A program made the position numbers and the translations under genes. The notes under the pieces were generated by a model. It made no database searches, had not been told where the DNA came from, and saw only the letters and a list, made by a program, of their open reading frames with translations. A stretch of DNA of 44,947 nt from Gammaproteobacteria bacterium (GTDB taxonomy: Bacteria > Pseudomonadota > Gammaproteobacteria > Pseudomonadales > Pseudohongiellaceae). Numbering within the stretch: position 1 is the first letter of the stretch; the number at the start of each line of letters is the position of its first letter. Of this stretch, positions 38,426-44,947 are shown piece after piece. The stretch spans positions 7,730 to 52,676 of the forward strand of contig DORE01000161.1 in NCBI GenBank assembly GCA_003514305.1, in the 5' to 3' direction.

Positions 38426-38917
38426 GTGAAAAATTCCAGCAACCCTGTAATAACCGCCTTTGTCTGTCTAGCGGTTCTTTTGAGCTCCACGCCGTCGAAA
38501 GCGCAACTCGAACTGCGCAGTAATCGATCTTTATCCGAGGCGCTCTCGCAGCAGCCAGAACCGCTACCCGTGGAGCAGGCCTTTCCGTTTTTTGTCAGCA
38601 CAATCAGTCCCGGCAAATACCGCCTCACCTGGGAGCCAGCGTCCGGACACTATCTCTATCAACACGCTTTTTCCTTCGCGCATATCGAAGCAAACGCCGT
38701 CGATGAAATTGAGGTCGCGTACTTTTTGCCTGCCGGCCTCAACAAGACTGACAAATTCTTTGGGGAAATTGTCGCTCACTACGAGCTAGTCTCAGTAGAC
38801 CTTCAGCTCACCACTGTGCCGGGTCCCGACGCCACACTGTTGATAGAATATCAAGGCTGTGCGGACTGGGGCTTCTGCTATCCTCCGCAAGAAAAAAGCT
38901 TCCCGCTGACACCCTGA
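38426..38917 (+). CDS. stand-alone DsbD N-terminal (alpha) domain protein, periplasmic
   Basis: 163-aa ORF with a GTG start and the signal peptide VITAFVCLAVLLSSTPSKA. The mature part is collinear with the E. coli DsbD alpha domain: PVEQAFPF......W....GHYLYQH...........DKFFGE..........IEYQGCADWGFCYPPQEKSFPL. It has both redox Cys. The ORF stops where the DsbD linker and TM domain would begin. Confidence 0.8.
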   Translation: MKNSSNPVITAFVCLAVLLSSTPSKAQLELRSNRSLSEALSQQPEPLPVEQAFPFFVSTISPGKYRLTWEPASGHYLYQHAFSFAHIEANAVDEIEVAYFLPAGLNKTDKFFGEIVAHYELVSVDLQLTTVPGPDATLLIEYQGCADWGFCYPPQEKSFPLTP

Positions 38918-39062
38918 CCCAGGGAAGGAAAACAGCTTGAATGTAGCTAGATATGCGCGAAAACCCGTGAAAAGCTGCCCAATTTCTGCCAAAATACGCT
39001 AAATATTGATTGCGTGAATGGACTTCCCCGCCTCGAACACACATCGAATTGAGCACACTGAG

Positions 39063-39503
39063 ATGGCAAAAATCCTGGTTTTACATGGACCCAACCTAAA
39101 TCTCCTTGGACAGCGTGAGCCTCAGATTTACGGATCTGATTCTCTGCCGGACATCAACGACCGACTGCAGCAGCAATGTGCCGCAGCAGGCCACGAACTC
39201 GACGCTCTGCAAAGTAACTCAGAGGGAACACTCATCGATCGCGTGCAACAGGCCAGAACCGATGGGACCGCTTTTATGGTGGTGAACTTTGGCGGCTTTA
39301 CCCACACCAGCATCGCCCTCAGAGACGCCATGCTGGCGGCGGATATTCCCTGTATCGAGGTGCATCTCTCCAACCTGCAGAAGCGAGAGGCATTTCGTCA
39401 TCAGTCTTACTTTGCTGATATCGCAATCGGCAGCATTGTAGGACTGGGGGCACAGGGTTACGAGCTCGCACTTAAGGCAGCGTTTAAAAGACTACCGGGC
39501 TAG
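39063..39503 (+). CDS. aroQ: type II 3-dehydroquinate dehydratase
   Basis: The ORF is open from 39018; ATG 39063 gives MAKILVLHGPNLNLLGQREPQIYG. It continues with NSEG.LID, FTHTSIALRDA and IEVHLSN..KRE.FRH. Confidence 0.95.
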   Translation: MAKILVLHGPNLNLLGQREPQIYGSDSLPDINDRLQQQCAAAGHELDALQSNSEGTLIDRVQQARTDGTAFMVVNFGGFTHTSIALRDAMLAADIPCIEVHLSNLQKREAFRHQSYFADIAIGSIVGLGAQGYELALKAAFKRLPG

Positions 39504-39548
39504 CAATTTTCTCGAGCATTACTTCAGTATAATCCCCAGGACTTATTC

Positions 39549-40001
39549 ATGGACATTCGGAAGGTAAAAAAACTCATCGAGCTGTTGGAAACCTCTGACA
39601 TCGCGGAAATCGAGATTAAGGAGGGAGAAGAAGCTGTTCGCATCAGCCGTAACTCCAGTGTCGCGACTGCTGCTGTAACACCAGCTGCAGCTCAGGTAGC
39701 GGCAACAGCACCGATCCCAGTCATGCCTGCACCTGCTGAAGCAAAGTCTCCTTCTAAGGCCACGTCAGGCCATGTCGTGAGTTCTCCGATGGTAGGAACC
39801 TTCTTCCGTTCACCCTCCCCTTCTTCGCCCCCGTTCGTAGAAGTGGGAACACATGTCAAGGCCGGCGATGTCGTTTGTATCGTCGAGGCAATGAAGATGA
39901 TGAATCAGATTGAGGCAGAAAAAGCGGGCATAATTGAGGCGATCCTGGTGAAAGATGGCGATCCGGTAGAGTTCGATCAACCACTGGTGACTATCGTGTA
40001 A
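39549..40001 (+). CDS. accB: acetyl-CoA carboxylase biotin carboxyl carrier protein
   Basis: 150-aa ORF with [14 protein letters not shown], an Ala/Pro-rich linker, SPMVGTF and the biotinylation motif VEAMKMMN. Confidence 0.95.
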   Translation: MDIRKVKKLIELLETSDIAEIEIKEGEEAVRISRNSSVATAAVTPAAAQVAATAPIPVMPAPAEAKSPSKATSGHVVSSPMVGTFFRSPSPSSPPFVEVGTHVKAGDVVCIVEAMKMMNQIEAEKAGIIEAILVKDGDPVEFDQPLVTIV

Positions 40002-40060
40002 GACGGGGCGATATAAAGCCTTATTTGTTTCCGAAAAATCAAAAATTAGAGCGAAAGCGA

Positions 40061-41401
40061 ATGCTGGATAAAGTACTCATAGCGAATCGCGGAGAAATCG
40101 CGCTGCGCGTGTTACGCGCCTGCAAAGAAATGGGCATACGGACAGTTGCGATACACTCAACTGCCGACCGCGATCTCATGCATGTGCGGTTATCTGATGA
40201 ATCTGTCTGTATCGGACCACCGAGTGCCTCGGAAAGCTACCTCAACGTGCCGGCAATAATCGCGGCGATGGAGTTGACCGACGCGAATGGCGTGCATCCG
40301 GGCTATGGATTTCTTTCTGAAAACGCAGACTTCGCCGAGCAGGTTGAAAACAGCGGGTTCACCTTCATCGGGCCCACCGCAGAAACTATCAGAATGATGG
40401 GGGATAAAGTGTCTGCGATCGAAGTGATGCGTGACGCAGGAGTTCCCACGGTGCCCGGCTCCAATGGACCGCTAGACGGAAACCGCGATCGCACTTTTGC
40501 ACTAGCCAAGGAAATCGGCTATCCGGTAATTGTAAAAGCAGCGGCTGGCGGCGGCGGTCGTGGCATGCGTGTCGTACACAACGAGGCCGCCTTGCTCAAA
40601 GCCATTCATGTCACTCAAACCGAAGCCAAATCTTTTTTTGGTGATGGCACAGTGTATCTTGAGAAGTTTTTAGAGAATCCACGCCACGTTGAGATTCAGG
40701 TCATTGGCGACGGCAAGGGCGAGGCCATCTGTCTCGGGGACAGAGACTGCTCACTCCAGCGCCGACATCAGAAAGTGATTGAGGAAGCGCCCGCTCCTGG
40801 GATTCCGGACGAAGTCCGCTCGTTAATTACAAAAACCTGCATAAAGGCCTGCAAAAACATGCGCTACCGTGGCGCCGGCACTTTGGAATTTCTCTATGAA
40901 GATGAGCTCTTTTATTTCATCGAGATGAACACCCGGGTGCAGGTCGAGCATCCGGTGACCGAGATGGTGACCGGTATCGACATTGTGAAAGAGCAGCTGC
41001 GAGTAGCCGGTGGACTGCCATTGAGCGTCAAGCAGGAAGACATAAACATCAAAGGCCATTCTTTCGAATGTCGAATTAATGCAGAAGATCCGACAAGCTT
41101 TCTGCCAAGCCCGGGTAAGGTGAAACTGTTTCATGCTCCGGGCGGCCCCGGCGTGAGAGTAGATTCACACCTATACTCAGGTTACTCAGTACCACCCTTT
41201 TATGACTCACTGGTTGCAAAACTGATTTCTTATGCCGACTCGCGAGATCAAGCCCTAGTCCGAATGCAAATCGCGCTCGATGAACTGTTAATTGATGGCA
41301 TTCGCAGTAATACGCCACTGCACCGTGATCTTGTCAGAGACAGCGAATTTCAGAAGGGCGGGGTAAACATCCATTATCTGGAACAGAAACTTGAGTCCTG
41401 A
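40061..41401 (+). CDS. accC: acetyl-CoA carboxylase biotin carboxylase subunit
   Basis: The track start is TTG 40025; ATG 40061 gives [23 protein letters not shown]. It has [41 protein letters not shown] and [12 protein letters not shown]. Confidence 0.97.
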   Translation: MLDKVLIANRGEIALRVLRACKEMGIRTVAIHSTADRDLMHVRLSDESVCIGPPSASESYLNVPAIIAAMELTDANGVHPGYGFLSENADFAEQVENSGFTFIGPTAETIRMMGDKVSAIEVMRDAGVPTVPGSNGPLDGNRDRTFALAKEIGYPVIVKAAAGGGGRGMRVVHNEAALLKAIHVTQTEAKSFFGDGTVYLEKFLENPRHVEIQVIGDGKGEAICLGDRDCSLQRRHQKVIEEAPAPGIPDEVRSLITKTCIKACKNMRYRGAGTLEFLYEDELFYFIEMNTRVQVEHPVTEMVTGIDIVKEQLRVAGGLPLSVKQEDINIKGHSFECRINAEDPTSFLPSPGKVKLFHAPGGPGVRVDSHLYSGYSVPPFYDSLVAKLISYADSRDQALVRMQIALDELLIDGIRSNTPLHRDLVRDSEFQKGGVNIHYLEQKLES

Positions 41402-41426
41402 AACGCAGAGCGCCTGCATCAACCGA

Positions 41427-42308
41427 ATGTGGCAACAAATACAAATGAACGTCCGCGCCGAACATTGCCCCGCACTTGAACGACTGTTGCTGGAAGCAGG
41501 TGCGAATTCTGTCACCCTTATGGATGCTGAAGACAAGCCTGTTTTTCAGAGAGAGCCAGGGGCTACAACCCTCTGGGAGACCTCCACCTTGATTGGTCTT
41601 TTTACCAAGGAACAGAATCTGAAAGCTTTGCTCTCAACTTTAACATTTCATCCTCTAGTACTAAATCGCGACACGCTCCAAATTGAGGAGCTCGAAGAGC
41701 AAGTGTGGGAGCGAACCTGGATGGAAGGTTTTGCACCAAGACAATACGGCGAGCGCCTCTGGATCTGCCCCAGCTGGCAATCACCGCCTGACCCTGACGC
41801 AGTCAATATTCTTCTCGATCCGGGTCTGGCCTTCGGCACAGGCAGCCATGCCACGACCGCACTGTGCCTGAGATGGTTGGAACAAGCCGACCTGCAAAAC
41901 AAAGAAGTGATTGATTATGGCTGTGGTTCCGGAATACTTGCGATCGCTGCAGCGCTTCTTGGCGCTGACAAAATCCACGCAGTAGACAATGACCCTCAGG
42001 CAATCGCCGCGACTGTCGACAACAGCTTGCGAAACGACATCCCGCAGCAGAGGGTCAAGGCTTATCTGCCGGAAGCGTTGCCCGAACTGCAAGCCGATTT
42101 CTTACTAGCAAACATACTCGCCGAGCCTCTGCACGAACTTGCCGATCAGTTTGCCAGTTTGGTTAAACCAGGAGGCGAAATCGTTCTCTCAGGAATCCTT
42201 GGAGAACAGACAGAGCCTCTGATAGAGAGTTATGGACATTTGTTTAGCCTTGACAGGCCCGTGATTGAAGATGGCTGGGTGAGGCTAAGCGGCTCTCGCA
42301 GAGCGTAA
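41427..42308 (+). CDS. prmA: ribosomal protein L11 methyltransferase
   Basis: The track start is TTG 41391, overlapping the accC stop; ATG 41427 gives MWQQIQMN.... It has LDPGLAFGTGSHATT, VIDYGCGSGILAIAA (SAM motif I) and ANILA. Confidence 0.92.
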   Translation: MWQQIQMNVRAEHCPALERLLLEAGANSVTLMDAEDKPVFQREPGATTLWETSTLIGLFTKEQNLKALLSTLTFHPLVLNRDTLQIEELEEQVWERTWMEGFAPRQYGERLWICPSWQSPPDPDAVNILLDPGLAFGTGSHATTALCLRWLEQADLQNKEVIDYGCGSGILAIAAALLGADKIHAVDNDPQAIAATVDNSLRNDIPQQRVKAYLPEALPELQADFLLANILAEPLHELADQFASLVKPGGEIVLSGILGEQTEPLIESYGHLFSLDRPVIEDGWVRLSGSRRA

Positions 42309-42448
42309 TAATTGGCGGTTAATCCCCTAAAATTCGAGTCAGACCCATCGCATTGACCAGCACGACCTGACAGTGCTTGCTGCAATGACCAAAATATTTA
42401 ATAGTTAGGGCAACACGAGACCAACTGACCGAATTGCTTTGCCCTAAT

Positions 42449-43831
42449 ATGGCGTTTCACATCACCCAGTGTCCATGTTGTACCTCAACTTTCAGCATCA
42501 ACACTCAGCTGCTGAATGAGGCAGACGGCAAAGTCCGCTGCGGCGCCTGTTTGTCGGTATTTCTCGCAGAGCAACAACTCGTTGACAGTGAATCGGAGAA
42601 AGGCAGCAGCGAAGCCGACAGCTCCGTATTCGTGGGCCACGCGCCTGAAGACTACTTTGATCCTGCCAGTTTTTTTACCCGCAAAGCTTTGCAGCAACAG
42701 CAAGCGAACAACACGACACCAAATTCGGAGCTTGGAGTTGCATCGAAGACTCACGCCGGACTCCGCTCAACTTCCGCTCTGGCGCCATCACAAGCAACGG
42801 CAGGCCGAGAGTCACTGGAGGATATCGCTCCTGAAACAGGCCTCGAAGAGCGCCGGGCAGGGGAAATTAAAGCCTCAGGAACCGTAGCCGATACGACATC
42901 GCCCAATCAGCAGTCCTCCCGGATCGAGGCGGAATACGTTCAGCCAGCCATTGCGGAACGCGGTACAGCCCTCGCAGCATTAGATTCATTCAAGCTAGCA
43001 TTGGAAGTGTCGGAAGCACAGCGAGATGAGCTGCTCACAAATGGTTACGTACCAGGGGGAGCAGAATACGGAATAGCTCTCACACCGGCGAATCCTGTCC
43101 TTGACGAGCGCTCGGCTCAGGCGCCTTTGAAGTCTGAAAAATTGCTGCGGGTTGACGCGACGGCAACATCTTTTACTGATGCGGCCACGGAGCAAAACGC
43201 TAACGCCCAAAACAGTAGCGGCGCAATTCGGGCCCGGGCGCTAAGAATGGAGTTCAAAGATGATGAGACGCTCGAACAGCTTGCCACAGAAAACCTAGCA
43301 ACATTACAACGCTTTGCTGCGCCAGTTAGACTGCGCAGTGATTCTCATACGCGCTGGGGCAGAACGCTGGCTCTACTGCTGGCAGCAGGCCTGCTCGGCA
43401 TGAGTCTCGCCGGTCAACACCTGTGGCGAAATCAGGAAAACTTCAGCCAGCAGGTTCGCTGGCGTCCGCTGCTCGAGTGGGTCTGCGCCAACCGCGGCTG
43501 TGGTCTGCCGCTGTATGAAGATTTAATGGCAATTGAGTCCTCTAATCTCTCCGTCAGAAGTCATCCCAGTCGCGCCGACGCGGTTATGGTTCAGGTTCAG
43601 ATGCGCAATACAGCACCCTTCGAGCAGGCGTTCCCGGTTATGATTTTGAGCTTTGACACAGTAAACAATGAGCCCATTGCACTGAGGGAATTTTTACCAA
43701 CGGAATATCTGCAGAGCGAACTTCCCGAATCTGCCACGATGCCCGTTATGGCACCTGTACAAATAAATCTTGCACTGATGGACCCCGGAGAGGATGCAGT
43801 AAATTATACGCTTGCTTTCAGGCGCCCATGA
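42449..43831 (+). CDS. zinc-ribbon (MJ0042-type) / DUF3426-domain membrane protein
   Basis: ATG 42449 gives MAFHITQCPCCTSTF...GKVRCGACLSVF, a four-Cys zinc ribbon. A long low-complexity Ala/Gln/Glu/Ser-rich linker follows, then one TM segment (TLALLLAAGLLGMSLAG) and a C-terminal beta-rich domain. Its position between prmA and dusB matches P. aeruginosa PA4851. Confidence 0.75.
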   Translation: MAFHITQCPCCTSTFSINTQLLNEADGKVRCGACLSVFLAEQQLVDSESEKGSSEADSSVFVGHAPEDYFDPASFFTRKALQQQQANNTTPNSELGVASKTHAGLRSTSALAPSQATAGRESLEDIAPETGLEERRAGEIKASGTVADTTSPNQQSSRIEAEYVQPAIAERGTALAALDSFKLALEVSEAQRDELLTNGYVPGGAEYGIALTPANPVLDERSAQAPLKSEKLLRVDATATSFTDAATEQNANAQNSSGAIRARALRMEFKDDETLEQLATENLATLQRFAAPVRLRSDSHTRWGRTLALLLAAGLLGMSLAGQHLWRNQENFSQQVRWRPLLEWVCANRGCGLPLYEDLMAIESSNLSVRSHPSRADAVMVQVQMRNTAPFEQAFPVMILSFDTVNNEPIALREFLPTEYLQSELPESATMPVMAPVQINLALMDPGEDAVNYTLAFRRP

Positions 43832-44017
43832 GTGGCAACGGTTGGTCGAATTCTCAAGCTGCACCGTTTAAGATTGGGCTGTCGGTTGCGTCAGCAGCCC
43901 TCCCTCAGTGCTCTTACCCTCCAAGCCTCTTTCCTCCTCTTAGCCGCACGCGTATCATTAGATTCCACTAAGTTGAGTCGCAATCCCGACTCGTGGGCAC
44001 CTCAGCCGAGAGACCGC

Positions 44018-44947
44018 ATGAAGACGATAGGTCCCTATAAGCTTAAAAACAACCTGTTCCTAGCGCCGATGGTCGGTATCAGTGATACGCCATTTCGCGA
44101 AATTTGTAACGAACAAGGCGCAGGCCTTACTGTTGGCGAAATGCTGACTTGCAACAAGGACCTGTGGCAAAACGAGCGAAATCGGCTTAAACAAATCAAA
44201 CCGCGCATACCGGGCCCTCAGGTGGTACAGATTGCGGGCTCTGAACCTTTCCTGATGGCAGAGGCCGCTCAGCTCAATGAAGCTGTGGGTGCAAATGCCA
44301 TTGATATCAACATGGGGTGCCCCGCCAAGAAAGTTCTGAAAAAAGCAGCAGGCTCTGCCTTGCTCAAGGACACAAACCTGGTTGAAGCTATTCTCAAGGC
44401 CGTAGTCGGTGCGGTGGACATTCCCGTCACCCTGAAAATCCGCACCGGTTGGTGTCGTGAAACACGCAATGGACCACTGGTGGCCCGAATTGCCGAGGAT
44501 TCCGGCGTCCAACTTGTGACTGTTCACGGGCGCACGCGCGCCGATCGCTTTAAGGGCGAAGCGGAATACGACACCATTGCCGAAATCAAGCAGGCGGTCA
44601 ACATCCCGATCATTGCCAACGGCGACATCGATACGCCACAAAAAGCCGAGCGGGTTTTAGCATACACTCAAGCAGATGGCGTCATGATAGGGCGTGCAGC
44701 CCAAGGGCGGCCATGGCTATTCAATGAAATTGCCTGCTATTTGGAAACCGGTGAAGACAGCTTCGTTACTTCTCTTCCCGAAAGAGCCAGGGTTATTCAG
44801 TCTCATTTAAAAAAAATGCACACTTTCTATGGCAAAGTAAAAGGGGTGTGGTACGCTCGCAAGCACATCGCCGGTTACGTCAGTGGCTTGCCATCGGCAA
44901 GAGAATTCATGACTGAATTCAATGCCTCTGATTCAGGACAGCAACAA
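44018..44947 (+). CDS. dusB: tRNA-dihydrouridine synthase B; extreme C-terminus outside the window
   Basis: Absent from the ORF track because there is no stop in the window. Translation from ATG 44018 gives MKTIGPYKLKNNLFLAPMVGISDTPFREICNEQGAGLTVGEML...VQIAGSEP...IDINMGCPAKKVLKKAAGSALL, collinear with E. coli DusB. The frame stays open for 310 codons to the window end. Confidence 0.92.
   Translation, partial: MKTIGPYKLKNNLFLAPMVGISDTPFREICNEQGAGLTVGEMLTCNKDLWQNERNRLKQIKPRIPGPQVVQIAGSEPFLMAEAAQLNEAVGANAIDINMGCPAKKVLKKAAGSALLKDTNLVEAILKAVVGAVDIPVTLKIRTGWCRETRNGPLVARIAEDSGVQLVTVHGRTRADRFKGEAEYDTIAEIKQAVNIPIIANGDIDTPQKAERVLAYTQADGVMIGRAAQGRPWLFNEIACYLETGEDSFVTSLPERARVIQSHLKKMHTFYGKVKGVWYARKHIAGYVSGLPSAREFMTEFNASDSGQQQ

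Noticed and set aside
39529-39534. TATAAT hexamer upstream of accB as a promoter -10 element
   Set aside because: It lies only 14 nt before the accB ATG, which would leave no room for a leader or ribosome-binding site, and there is no acceptable -35. accB is more likely co-transcribed or uses a promoter further upstream.
44060-44641. 193-aa minus-strand ORF
   Set aside because: It lies entirely antisense to the clearly recognisable dusB reading frame and has low-complexity Arg/Gly/Ala-rich composition typical of shadow ORFs.
1-44947. CRISPR arrays, IS elements, prophage genes, toxin-antitoxin or known defence-system genes
   Set aside because: I saw no regularly spaced repeats and no transposase, integrase, recombinase or phage-like ORFs. 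Every large ORF has a housekeeping or metabolic assignment or is a secreted unknown.

Overview
This 44.9-kb window is ordinary chromosomal DNA from a gammaproteobacterium. The gene content and the order dsbD-like / aroQ / accB / accC / prmA / zinc-ribbon DUF3426 / dusB match the Pseudomonas and marine-gammaproteobacterial core layout; the taxon is inferred, not computed. I support 40 intact protein-coding genes, one tRNA-Thr(UGU), two short decayed gene remnants and a few hairpins and palindromes. I see no rRNA, CRISPR array, IS element, integrase, phage gene or recognisable defence system.

Gene blocks, in order:
- Redox and miscellaneous: bcp, cobB, a lipase-like hydrolase, a YyaL thioredoxin-domain protein, an exported methyltransferase, a beta-propeller/di-haem peroxidase fusion and an HCCA-isomerase-like protein.
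- Transport and xenobiotics: an MFS transporter and a complete HLD-II haloalkane dehalogenase.
- Beta-oxidation: a Pseudomonas fadDx/fadB2x/fadAx/fadB1x-like set plus alpha-methylacyl-CoA racemase, interrupted by a secreted unknown protein and a formylglycine-generating enzyme.
- Amino-acid and peptide uptake: an AGCS symporter and a DPP-IV-like peptidase.
- A SAICAR-synthetase-like gene, a radical-SAM/Cys-rich gene and a GT2 gene beside tRNA-Thr.
- Sugar-nucleotide genes: pgi, csaA and the manC-galU-algC operon.
- fabAB, then the aroQ-accBC-prmA-dusB core block.

Most of the window is housekeeping. The best candidate for an under-described system is the radical-SAM/Cys-rich (ArsS/TIGR04167-like) plus TIGR04283-like glycosyltransferase pair, with a divergent SAICAR-synthetase homologue next to it. 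Secondary oddities are a stand-alone DsbD alpha-domain gene where full-length dsbD normally sits, a YyaL protein with an extra Cys-pair C-terminal module, and two frameshifted gene relics (ArsC-like and GGCT-like). All family assignments come from reading motifs by eye. No searches were run.
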